A stretch of 63,339 nt of DNA, filler included, from Octopus bimaculoides (Eukaryota): assembly GCF_001194135.2 (NCBI RefSeq). It is 7 parts of 6 records of this genome, joined end to end, with 100 filler letters (N's around TTAATTAATTAA, not from the genome) between each part and the next. Parts side by side here need not be neighbours in the genome. Positions count along the whole stretch, not along the records: positions 1 to 18,334 come from NC_068988.1; positions 18,435 to 29,161 come from NC_069004.1; 5 more parts are not named here. One strand, given 5' to 3'. Made by a program: the position numbers and the translations under genes. Every line of letters begins with the position of its first letter. The stretch's first letter is position 1. Below, in pieces: positions 12,530 through 23,553 of the stretch. The notes beneath the pieces were generated by a model, which did no database searches, was not told the DNA's origin, and was given only the letters and a program-made list of their open reading frames with translations.

Positions 12530-12875
12530 AAACTTTGGCAAGCTTACCTTTACCTATTCTGAGTTACTTGAAGGTGATATTCCCTTCCCTCTCTTCTATT
12601 TGTTGATACTTTTGTTTACCTACCAATGCGTTATTTCACTTTAAGGATTCTTCTCTCCTTGTTTCTTTCTGTGTTCCTTTCTGTTGAAGAGCGTAGGCTC
12701 GAAACGTTAAAGACTTTCTCTATTCCCGAGTGTTATACTAATATATCCATTTGTTGTTTACACCACCTGTCTTCGTCTGTTGTTTTTCGTGAATTCTCCC
12801 ATGATATTTTGACTGCTGTCCATTGTTTTAGCATTGTCGTTCTAGCCTTTTTTAAACACGTCTCAAAGAATTAAC
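12530..12875 (+). mobile_element. Penelope-like element terminal fragment
   Basis: Contains TGAAGAGCGTAGGCTCGAAACGTT, matching the GAAGA...CGAAAC terminal signature of Penelope-like elements, in pyrimidine-rich non-coding context. Confidence 0.55.
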
Positions 12876-13261
12876 CTTTAAATAAGAATTTTGCTTCCAC
12901 TCGCGAAAACTATACGTATCTTTCAGAAAGCCCCATACCAATTTAACTTTATTCAGCATTCACTGTTAGTTTATGCACAAGCCATGTGGGGAGACAGAAT
13001 AAAGGGGCTTTTGTTAGCTTATCTCTCCGAAGAAGTAGCTCCCTTTGCTGTTGCAAAAAATAAATTCGCAGAGGGGAAGTTTCAACGTCTTCCTTCAATT
13101 TCCTTACATCATTTATGCGGCTGTTTATGACAAGAAATTTCGTTTCCATGTAAAACAACTACATTTTGTAGTCATTATCCGTAATCTATTCCCAAAACAC
13201 TTCAGTGGCTCTACTTGGCATCGCTTGCAAACTTCTATGTTCTATGATCATTAAAGTGCAA

Positions 13262-13425
13262 CGACACCCACAAAAAACAGCCTTCAATTTGATTTTCCGT
13301 TCCTAGGTTAATCGGAAGCATGGATTGCCATGCTACCCGCAAACCTTCTCGGTAGTTCAATTATTTTGTGAAAAAACTTCCACCGAAGCAACTTAAACAG
13401 TCCAACGGACGGGTACGTTTGCTAA
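13262..13425 (+). mobile_element. Possible Helitron 3' terminus
   Basis: Short hairpin GTCC-AAC-GGAC (13400-13410) followed 11 nt later by CTAA then T, fitting the hairpin + CTRR|T rule. Confidence 0.3.
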
Positions 13426-14284
13426 TATATATATATATATATATATATATTATTTTGTTTAAAAGAGTTCCAACACTGTCTGTTTTTTATGTTTTATTTA
13501 TATTCCTGCAGAACCAACGTGGGGTATAGAATATGGAATATACAATATATAATATAATATACAATATATAATATAAAATAAAATAAAATAAAAATGGATG
13601 GCACCATGAAAGAAAGTATTGAATGTAGATGAAATATTGAGTGTTCAATATAGAGGATCAAATATATAAATATAAAAATATAAAGGCGACTCGAGTTTCT
13701 ATTTTATTTTATATTNNNNNNNNNNNNNNNNNNNNNNNNNNNNNNNNNNNNNNNNNNNNNNNNNNNNNNNNNNNNNNNNNNNNNNNNNNNNNNNNNNNNN
13801 NNNNNNNNNNNNNNNNNNNNNNNNNNNNNNNNNNNNNNNNNNNNNNNNNNNNNNNNNNNNNNNNNNNNNNNNNNNNNNNNNNNNNNNNNNNNNNNNNNNN
13901 NNNNNNNNNNNNNNNNNNNNNNNNNNNNNNNNNNNNNNNNNNNNNNNNNNNNNNNNNNNNNNNNNNNNNNNNNNNNNNNNNNNNNNNNNNNNNNNNNNNN
14001 NNNNNNNNNNNNNNNNNNNNNNNNNNNNNNNNNNNNNNNNNNNNNNNNNNNNNNNNNNNNNNNNNNNNNNNNNNNNNNNNNNNNNNNNNNNNNNNNNNNN
14101 NNNNNNNNNNNNNNNNCATATATATATACATACATATAGATAGATAGATAGATAGATACATACATACATACATACTTACATACATGCATGCATACATACA
14201 TACATACATACATACATACATAAATACATACATACATACATACATATATACATATATACATACATACATACATACATACATAGT

Positions 14285-14530
14285 CTATCTCTCCGCCAGT
14301 TGATTCAATCAACGGAACAGCCTGCTCATGGAATTTACGTGCAGGTAGCTGAGCACACCACGGACACATATAACCTTAGCGTAGTTCTCAGAGAGATTCA
14401 GCGTGACATAAAGTGTGAACAAGGCTGGCCCTTTGAATTACAGGTGCTACTCATTTTTACCAGCCGCGTGTGCTGAAGCAACGTAAAATAAAGTGCTGTG
14501 TTTAAGGACACAATGTACAGCCGGGAATGG
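14285..14530 (-). mobile_element. SINE family C related, 3' portion
   Basis: Reverse complement shares CCTGTAATTCAAAGG..AGCCTTGT.ACACT...GCTGAAT...GCTCAGC.AC.TGCACGT.AAT..CA.GAGCAGGCTGTTCC.TTGAT..ATCAACTGG with 49790-49935. Confidence 0.75.
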
Positions 14531-14616
14531 TTCTGATAGCTAATCCATTGTTGTTTAGCCCTAAGGCTGACTCGTAAAACAACAACTGTTGACAATGTGT
14601 TCAGTTTATAACTCAC

Positions 14617-14725
14617 CTAGGTAGAATGATATTTTTTGTTGAACTTTTCAATCCAATAACTTTGATATAAGCACCATGAAGGGTGTCATTCTGAGCTAGG
14701 TACACATCGACGACGTAGTTATGTG
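14617..14725 (-). CDS. Lipase exon, start of the PLAT/LH2 domain
   Basis: Acceptor tgtttacAG, donor GTGAGT (14616-14611). 109 nt, phase 1-2: (A)HNYVVDVYLAQNDTLHGAYIKVIGLKSSTKNIILP(S). Joins the previous exon in frame and resembles PLAT strands 1-3 (RWRYKVSVTL...ILVSLFG in vertebrate PNLIP). Confidence 0.9.
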
Positions 14726-14799
14726 CTGTAAACAGACAAACAGATAAACCATCATTTAAAACCTTAGATTTGTTGTTACAACAAAAACGAATAATAATA

Positions 14800-15003
14800 G
14801 TTTCAAATTTTGGCACAAGGTCAGTATTCGAGGGTGGGGGTTAAGTCGATTACATCGACCCTAGTGCTCAACTGGTACTTATTTTATCGACCCTGAAAGG
14901 ATGAAAGGCAAAGTCGACCTCGGCTGAATTTGAACTAAAAACTTAAAGACGGACGAAATGCCACTAAGCACTTTGCCCGGCGTGCTACTGCCAGTTGCTA
15001 CCT
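14800..15003 (-). mobile_element. SINE family B copy in a lipase intron
   Basis: Homologous to 5428-5640; CpGs intact (rc GGTCGATGTAATCGAC at 14845-14860). Confidence 0.85.
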
Positions 15004-15023
15004 TAGTAATAATAATAATAATG

Positions 15024-15076
<53 letters not shown>

Positions 15077-15272
15077 CCTTTTTACTATAGGCACAAGGCC
15101 TGAAATTTGGGGGAGTACTCAGCTGGTACTTATTTCATCGACCCAGAAAAGATAAACTGCAAAGTCGACTTCGGCGGAATTTCACTTCAGAACGTGAAGA
15201 CGGACGAAATAGACGAAATACCGCCAAGCATTTCGTTCGGCGTGCTAACGATTCTGCCAGCTCGCAGCCTTA
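15077..15272 (-). mobile_element. SINE family B copy in a lipase intron, between AAT and AAC/AAT arrays
   Basis: Reverse complement begins AAGGCTGCGAGCTGGCAGAATCGTTAGCACGCCG and ends CAGGCCTTGTGCCTATAGTAAAAAGG-(ATT)n. Confidence 0.85.
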
Positions 15273-15344
15273 ACAGCAACAACAACAACAACAACAACAA
15301 CAATAATAATAATAATAATGATAATAATAAATCACAAAAATGCA

Positions 15345-15635
15345 ATACCAGTAGTAATTGGTGCGTTATGAACGATAAAGAAGGGAGCTGAGAAGTATAT
15401 TAAGCAACTCCCTGGTAACTCCAATCTCCGTGAACTACAAAAGATAACCTTGTTGGGTAAAGCCCATATACTAACCCTAACCATATACTACGGAAAGCAC
15501 TCTTCATCTAAAATGAAATAAATGGGGTGAAAATTTTAGCATGCATGGCAAAAGAAAAGTGCCTTTGCTACTCTTGGCCTCCAGATGCCCGATACTAAGG
15601 CAGCTGAAATAAAGTTATAATTAAAAGAAACCATA

Positions 15636-15707
<72 letters not shown>
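15345..15707 (+). mobile_element. R4/Dong-type retrotransposon extreme 3' end with (AAT)n tail
   Basis: IGAL.TIKKGAEKYIKQLPGNSNLRELQKITLLGKAHIL(RKAL), a short 3' UTR, then (AAT)n from about 15636. Confidence 0.75.
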
Positions 15708-15711
<4 letters not shown>

Positions 15712-15931
15712 GAGGAGCATCATAGCCATGTGTTGAGAGGAATTCTTTGGGGTTTGAATAATTCNNNNNNNNNNNNNNNNNNNNNNNNNNNNNNNNNNNN
15801 NNNNNNNNNNNNNNNNNNNNNNNNNNNNNNNNNNNNNNNNNNNNNNNNNNNNNNNNNNNNNNNNNNNNNNNNNNNNNNNNNNNNNNNNNNNNNNNNNNNN
15901 NNNNNNNNNNNNNNNNNNCATTGCTCTCTCA

Positions 15932-15934
<3 letters not shown>

Positions 15935-16018
<84 letters not shown>

Positions 16019-16068
16019 AAGAAGAAGAAGAAGAAGAAGAAGAAGAAGAAGAAGAAGAAGAAGAAGAA
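15935..16068. repeat. (AAT)n-(AAG)n compound microsatellite next to a lipase donor site
   Basis: Read directly; ends about 13 nt from the donor at 16081. Confidence 0.95.
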
Positions 16069-16081
16069 TATGGATACATAC

Positions 16082-16303
16082 CACAATAAGGAGAAGCTCT
16101 CATCGTATTGAGGTAGTAAGTTCCTTTCGGTGTCCTCTTAGACAAGTGGTAACCCACAGTAATAAATTCCCCTGATACGCATTGGCCATTTTCAAAATCG
16201 GCGTCACTGCTACATTTGACGGCTCTGAAGCATGATGAGTTAATGGACTCCATGAACAACTTTATGGCCCTACTATGACTACAACCAACGTAATTAGACG
16301 CAT
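16082..16303 (-). CDS. Pancreatic-lipase-family gene, internal exon with catalytic His and end of the alpha/beta-hydrolase domain
   Basis: Acceptor ttctctttaccAG (16305-16304), donor GTATGT (16081). 222 nt, phase 1-1: (x)ASNYVGCSHSRAIKLFMESINSSCFRAVKCSSDADFENGQCVSGEFITVGYHLSKRTPKGTYYLNTMRASPYC. The C-x-H-x-R-A and G-x-YYL-x-T...PYC motifs are typical of the pancreatic/lipoprotein lipase family. Confidence 0.93.
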
Positions 16304-17314
16304 CTGGTAAAGAGAATGAAATATATATTAGCAGAATAATAATTCACAAGAGACAATTGCTATTGTAGACTTGTAGGTACATGATATTTCGTTATGCAAT
16401 CATAATATAACATACGTTTTTTTAGAAGGTAATACCACGTTCTTCTGCGTTAGCAGTGCACTTTCTACATTATTTATTAAGGCTTTCTCTGTAGATATTC
16501 TATAGAAATTATAGCCAGCACTGATTTGCTACGACGTTTCGTATACGAGGCATCAGATGCAAACAAACAATGGGATCGAAGATGAAAAACAAGTAATGGG
16601 CGTACATGCCATAATTTGAGGGGTTTTTCCCCTCCACCAGCACCCATCTAACCCATTAATTATCCTCGAACACATTGCTTAAATATCCACTATACTTAGA
16701 GGTGTGTAGTTATTGGATATACCAATTTATATATTAAACGCATTCCTGGGATGGTACGTAAATATTAATGACTTATAGGTAAGAGGTATGGAAAATGACT
16801 CTTTATAATGCGATTGATCTACAGCAAATTTCTATCTAGTTAGACCGTACCTCCAGATGGTACGTACTCACAGTTAGGTTTGTCGTTAAATTTCATTAAC
16901 CATACATCATCGAAAAAATTAGAGAAATTCTATAAGTAGACATTTCTTATGGCTCGATTAAACGGATTGTGATGTATGTATGTATGTATGAATGTGCGTA
17001 TGTATATAACGAGTTGGACAAGTCTGACGAGTCGCCTATACAGCTAAGCGCTTTATAAGCGCGAAACGAATAATCACTCTCTGACAGGCTATAAAAAACA
17101 GCCTTCTAAATATACTACTGTCCTACCATTTTAGAGTGTGCTTCTCTTTCAGATATATGAACTACTGACCGAGGTGTATGTGTGCTTGTGTGTGTGTGTT
17201 TGTGTGTGTGTGTTTGCGTGTGGGTGTTTGTGTGTGCAGGCACATACATACGTACATATATTTATATGCACATATATATATATACATACATGCATATATA
17301 TATACACACATATA

Positions 17315-17390
<76 letters not shown>

Positions 17391-18276
17391 CGAGGTCTAG
17401 TTAATAAGTGTGCGGACTGGTGCCATAGTAACAATGTTAAAGCACGCAGAGTGAAACCGCTCGGTACAGATTGATCTTAAACTCTGCTGCGCATGCGCAC
17501 GAAGTATTAACTTCTAGCTCACTTCCGCTGTTTACAGCAGTGCTTGCAAGGAACGTGTGTAGCGTGTGATTGTCGCATTGACAATGACAGAGCAAGTTGT
17601 CATGGCGATACGTACTCAGAGGCCTACGCAAAGTTGCAGAAAGTGTATGGAGAGGAGTGTATGAGCCGCACACAAGTGTATGTGTGGTTCAGACGTTTCC
17701 AATGGCCGAAAAATGTCGATATTGACGAACGCTCCGGGAGATCCGCAACTAGCAGAACTGAGAAAAACATCGCAGATGTGCGTGCAACTGTGAGGAGAAA
17801 TCGTCGAATCACCATCCGTGAGTTATCAGAAGATGTGCAGATGAGTTACGGTTCTGTTCAGTCCATTATCACTGAAGATTTGGGTATGAGATGTATGTCT
17901 GCCAAATTTGTGCCAAAACTGCTTTCAGCTGACGAAAAAGGCACTCAGATTTCAGTGGCACAAAGTCTCCTTGATTGTGTCGAGAACGATGAAAACTTTT
18001 TGAAAACTTTGCGTAGGCCTCTGAGCAGGTCTCGCCATTTTTTTGACAAAGTTTGATGCAGATTCTCTACTCAACTTTCTCTGGCATGATGAATGCGTCG
18101 ATCACACGCTACACGCCTTCCTCCCAAGTACTACTGTAAACAGCAGAAGTGAGTTAGAACGTTAGAATTTAGTACGCATGCACAACAGAGTTCAAGGCCA
18201 ATCTGTGCCAAGCGGCTTCATTTTGCGTGCTTTAGCTTCGTTACAATAGCTTCGGATACTTATTGGTCAGACGACG
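17391..18276 (+). mobile_element. Non-autonomous mariner derivative with ~210-bp fold-back TIRs
   Basis: 17391-17599 and 18072-18276 are inverted copies. The interior encodes the HTH and linker (EAYAKLQKVYGEECMSRTQVYVWFRRF...RSGR...ITIRELSEDV...KFVPKLL...ENFLKTL) and stops before the first catalytic Asp. Confidence 0.9.
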
Positions 18277-18334
18277 TTTATATAAAGCATATAAAGCTGA
18301 AGGTATTTCTCACAGAAGTATATATATATATATA

Positions 18335-18434
18335 NNNNNNNNNNNNNNNNNNNNNNNNNNNNNNNNNNNNNNNNNNNNTTAATTAATTAANNNNNNNNNN
18401 NNNNNNNNNNNNNNNNNNNNNNNNNNNNNNNNNN
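18335..18434. other. Artificial assembly spacer 44N-TTAATTAATTAA-44N
   Basis: Identical 100-nt layout six times; the palindromic 12-mer gives stops in all six frames. Confidence 0.95.
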
Positions 18435-19132
18435 TATATACATGAATGTATATATAGTGGTGTTTATAAGTATTCATAACGTTTTGAATGAAATTGATTT
18501 TCAAGAATATTCTTATCAGTAATCAGTTTGTAATATCTTTCGTATATGATTTATATTTTATTAGTATACACAATTTCGTTTAATCATTAAATTATTTTTA
18601 CAACAGATAACAATCAAAATTAACTAAATTCAAAAAATTATATAGGACGACACGTGTGCAAAATTATTCATAACATTTTGTTTGATAACTAATTACGAAG
18701 TCTTCATTATCATAATCATATTTCATCTTTTTGTATAGCTAGAAACTAGCTTAACATACGAATTTTATTGTCAATTTTTGCCTATTCCTGGTATGTAATC
18801 GTCTCTAAAACTTTCAGACTTTTGAGGTATCTTTACTAAATCTTACCTTTGAAGTGGCACCATAGACTTCAATCGGATTCAAGTCCGACTATTGAGATGG
18901 CTATTGCAAAATGTCGACATCATTTTCGCCCAGCTAGGCAGTCGCTAAATTCAACGTTGGCTTGCAATGCATACCAATACATATATCTAGAGCAACAATT
19001 TTTCAGGGACCCTTAAAATACTATTTGGGTCCCCGATTTACAATTTTCTTTGTGGACCCCCCAACATCCTCTGTGGACCCTCAGGAGCCATATGGATGCT
19101 AGTTGAGATCCAATGGCACAGGTTCTCAACTA

Positions 19133-19275
19133 GGGCGGAGAGCTGGCGGAATCGTTAGGACGCCGGGCGAAATGCTTAGTGGTATTTCGTCTGTCGTAAC
19201 GTTCTGAGTTCAAATTCCGCCGAGATCGACTTTGCCTTTCATCCTTTCGGGGTCAATAAATTAAGTACCAGTTGA
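19133..19275 (+). mobile_element. SINE family B, 3'-truncated
   Basis: GAGCTGGCGGAATCGTTAG...GTTCAAATTCCGCCGAGATCGACTTTGCCTTTCATCCTTTCGGGGTC. Confidence 0.85.
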
Positions 19276-19794
19276 GCGCAAATCGTTGTCAGGAACGGAT
19301 AAATTCACTCTTTTCCCGATGTATTATTTGTGGCGCCGATCTCAGAACCGCTGCAATCAGGTTGTTGGGTGAATCATATCTGCCACAACCACGCTTAGAA
19401 GAACATTTCTATTTCGTGTCTCTTCTAGTTTCTCGATATCTTAGACGGAGTCAGATAGTTATTTCTTTGTGGTGTGTCGCTACATGTGTGCTTGATTCAG
19501 AGGGAGAGAGCGAAGTAATGCTGGCTATATGAGAGGAGAGAGAAGAATAAATTAAGGTAGTGAATGAAGCAAGTGAAGGGGGTAGATTGAGACCCATACG
19601 GATCCCTGCGCTTCTGCATATCATCGATCGCTACCCCAAAGAAAACATGGAACGTTTCAAGAAAGAAGGTATTTTAAACGTACACTGTTTTGATTTATTC
19701 CTACGGAAGTATTTTCGTCGGAGATATTTGTTCAAGCTAAGATATAAGAGACAGCCTGAACACACACACAGACACACATACACTTATTTGTATA

Positions 19795-19850
19795 TAGATA
19801 GATAGACAGATAGATAGGTAGGTAGATAGATAGATAGATAGATAGATAGG

Positions 19851-19915
<65 letters not shown>
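19795..19915. repeat. (GATA)n tetranucleotide array
   Basis: Read directly. Confidence 0.95.
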
Positions 19916-19916
<1 letters not shown>

Positions 19917-20761
19917 TAAACAATTTGATAAACAGCAAAGGTTTATAATCTCTTGCTATGTCTGAAATGAATGCCTGAAAAACAGCGTAAAGCCTATTTG
20001 CATACAACGAATAATATCAAATTAAGTTTATTGTTATATTTGCCTAATGTTAACGACATGCTGTGATTATTTGGACAGACATCGAAATCGTAGAAGTAAA
20101 TAAAATAAAATGACGCTCATCGGAAAACTCGCTTTTTTTGATAACTTTCGCTAATTAACAAAAATTGCATACATACTTTGTTCCAGTTGTTACACTAAGA
20201 ACGAAAATGTTACTACGTAATTAGAAATTATCATTATTTTTAAATTTTAGCTGTTCAGAGTTTTCGTTAACACGTGAAGTCTTCGAAAGTTGTATAATAA
20301 ATATAATGCTTAGATCCTGTGTTTCCATAGAGCATTCATTATGTACAATATATTAAGAATACTATAATGTATTGCATTTCATCCAGGATCGCTTCACTTT
20401 CAGATTATTTTGATTTGTTTGCAGTTTTCTAAAAGATTTCTAAGAAAGGAATAAAACAAGTGTTCGTGACCAGGATGATATATATATATATATATATATA
20501 TANNNNNNNNNNNNNNNNNNNNNNNNNNNNNNNNNNNNNNNNNNNNNNNNNNNNNNNNNNNNNNNNNNNNNNNNNNNNNNNNNNNNNNNNNNNNNNNNNN
20601 NNNNNNNNNNNNNNNNNNNNNNNNNNNNNNNNNNNNCAAAGGAGTAATTCACTTTGAATTGTTACCACCAAATGCAACAATCAATGCTCAAGTCAACTGT
20701 CAGCAATTAGAGAAGAGAATTTGAACCAAGCTTTGAAGAAAAACAGACCCGCTTTAGTAGT

Positions 20762-20843
20762 AAGGGCTTTGGTCGGCCCGAGGTTATAGTAGCAGGTACT
20801 TACCCAAGGTGCCACGAAGTGGGACTCAACCCGGAACTAGTTG
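20762..20843 (-). mobile_element. SINE family A fragment
   Basis: GCTTTGGTCGGCCCGAGG.TATAGTAG...CCCAAGGTGCCACG.AGTGGGACT.AACCCGGAAC. Confidence 0.75.
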
Positions 20844-21117
20844 ATTCCGGATTTAGTCTTTCTGTTAAGAACTACACTTCACTCTACACACACACATACA
20901 CAATCTATATTACTCTCTCCTCCCTCCCTCTCTATATATCGGTGTTTCTGTCTATGTTTATTCCACACACTGTGCTTGCGTTTCCAGTGACATCACTTTA
21001 CGGTCAACAATCAAATACAAGACTTGCGGTCTAGCATCTAAATTTAATTACATCACTCGCTCTCTCGCTCTCCTCTTCCTCTCTCCCTCACATTCCTCTC
21101 TGTCTCTTTCTTCCTTC

Positions 21118-21169
<52 letters not shown>

Positions 21170-22446
21170 ACTATCAGATAATTTTCATGTACATCAAAAC
21201 AAGAGTTCAAATATTCAATTCAGAAATTTCTCTCAAAAATCACCGTATCTATTTACATCTCTCAACGTTTGTATATACATATTAGAAATATCGTCTTTAA
21301 TATCAAATCATTGAATAGACTTGGGCAGGACGTATCATCAGAGGGCGAACTTATTTGAGTGCTTGTCTAAAACATTTTGAAACCTAAGGACTTATCTGTC
21401 ATATACTTTTAAGCAACAACTCGGAAAACTGTTCCTTTGTGTTTTCAAATTAATCATCTTCTGAAGGCAGGTTATATCCAAAATGATAGATCATCGTCTC
21501 GTGACATAGCAGCAAATAGAAAACAAAATGATACGGGTTAATCATTGAAAGGTTTTAACTACAGAACATCGTAATATCGTAATATCGTAATATCTCAACA
21601 TCTTAACATATACTAATGCGGGTCAATTATCGAACGATTGGTTACAAAACATCATCGGAAGCTATTTGAACTAAAGAATTTACGAAAATAGACGCCAACA
21701 TCTCTGTGTGGTTAAGAGGTCTTCTTCGGAAACTTGCGGTGGTGGGTTTGTGGTCACTACACTGTATTTTGGAGAATTGACTTATGTGAAGACCTACGAT
21801 TGAAATTTGGTGGACGGAAATTGTACGAGCTATCGTCGAAGGATCGGTTCTTATTTTTAGTATATCTAATCAAACCTTCTTTTTGACATCAGCATCTAGA
21901 CATTGCCTTCAATTTTTTTTTGATATGAATAGAAGAAAACGGGAGAAGAATTGACAATTTAACGGCCTCGAAGACGGTGAAAGAAAAACTTAGCTGTCAA
22001 CATATTTGCCGGAGGAAAAATTGCCGTAAGAAATTTCGTTTTGAATGACTTCATCACGTGTTTCCTACTGTTTGACGTTGAATAAAAGCTTATCTATTTC
22101 AGGCTTCTATAAAACTTTTTAATCATCCTTTTTTATCTTTATTAAAGAAGAATATGTTGAGATAATATGTTTTATGATTCTCCATATGAGGAATTTCTCT
22201 AACGTGGAATTTTCCTTTTTGGTGAATTTTCTGGACGGTCTCAAAGACTGGTGCAATGGAAGTATGAAGTGATCCTTTGACAGCATATCTGCTACGAATG
22301 CTTGGCATGCAATTTCGTATTCCACGAAAGGCACACAAAGGCCATGTATATATGTATAAATGTATATATGCAGCGTACCTTGTGGTCATTGTGATGGTCC
22401 TTATCATCATAAGGAGTTGAAGAGGATGAAGAAAAAGCAATAGAAA

Positions 22447-22570
22447 TCTTCTTCTTCTTCTTCTTGTTCTTCTTGTTCTTCTTCTTCTTCTTCTTCTTCT
22501 TCTTCTTCTTCTTCTTCTTCTTCTTCTTCTTCTTCTTCTTCTTCTTCTTCTTCTTCTTCTTCTTCTTCTT

Positions 22571-22601
<31 letters not shown>

Positions 22602-22711
22602 TCATTATTATTATTAGTAGTAGTAGTAGTAAGGGAAGTAGGAGTAGTAGTGGTGGTGGTGGTGGTAATTGTTGTTATAATGGTGGTGATAGTAGAGAAG
22701 AAGCATTAGTA

Positions 22712-22778
<67 letters not shown>

Positions 22779-22780
22779 AA
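22447..22780. repeat. (TTC)n-(ATT)-(AGT)n-(GGT) compound array
   Basis: Read directly. Confidence 0.95.
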
Positions 22781-23486
22781 TTAGAAGAAAAAGAAAAAGA
22801 AAAGGAAAAAGAGGCGGGGAACAAGCAGAAGAAATACGTTAAGTAGTTGGTTCCATGACTGTGCTACCGAGCATCTGCAAAATTATGGTCTTGCACCAAT
22901 TTGAGAGTTCTTTGACAAACGAACCAATTCGCTTTTGGTGTTTCCATTGTTATCTTAAACACACACACACACACACACACACACTGGTTCACACTTCCAT
23001 GCTACATACGACTCACCGTACATTTACGCATACATACAAATATCCACACCCATTATCACAAGTAGACACGCTCATATGCAAAACACACACATTCTTTAGA
23101 ATTCTTCAAGGCATCAAACGTAATTTCATAAATACAAATACAAAAAAAGAAAACCCCCAGAAAAAAAGAACATTTTTATGGCAAATGTCAGAACGATTTA
23201 CTTATTTACTTTGATTTTAATAAAATTCCAAATCGTAACTTTTTCGAAATAGTCACGCAACAATGTAAGCTGGGGAAAATGTCGTTGTTAGATTTAACCT
23301 TTTCAAATACAAAATGTTCTGTGAAATACTGTAAAGTTTCTGAGACTCTGAGATTCTCAGATTTTGGTAAATGAACAGAGCTGCCAAAAGCGTTCTAGGA
23401 CTAAACTACTATGACCGACTGACTAAATCTAGTTAGCGCTAGCTTCAAGTCATAAGTCATCCTTTATACACCTATATATACGTATG

Positions 23487-23553
<67 letters not shown>

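Noticed and set aside
16870-16930. Minus-strand AG...GTGAGT candidate exon (NFSNFFDDVWLMKFNDKPN) just upstream of the lipase His exon
   Set aside because: Lacks the expected GHxDFYPNGG...QPGC content; no homology support.
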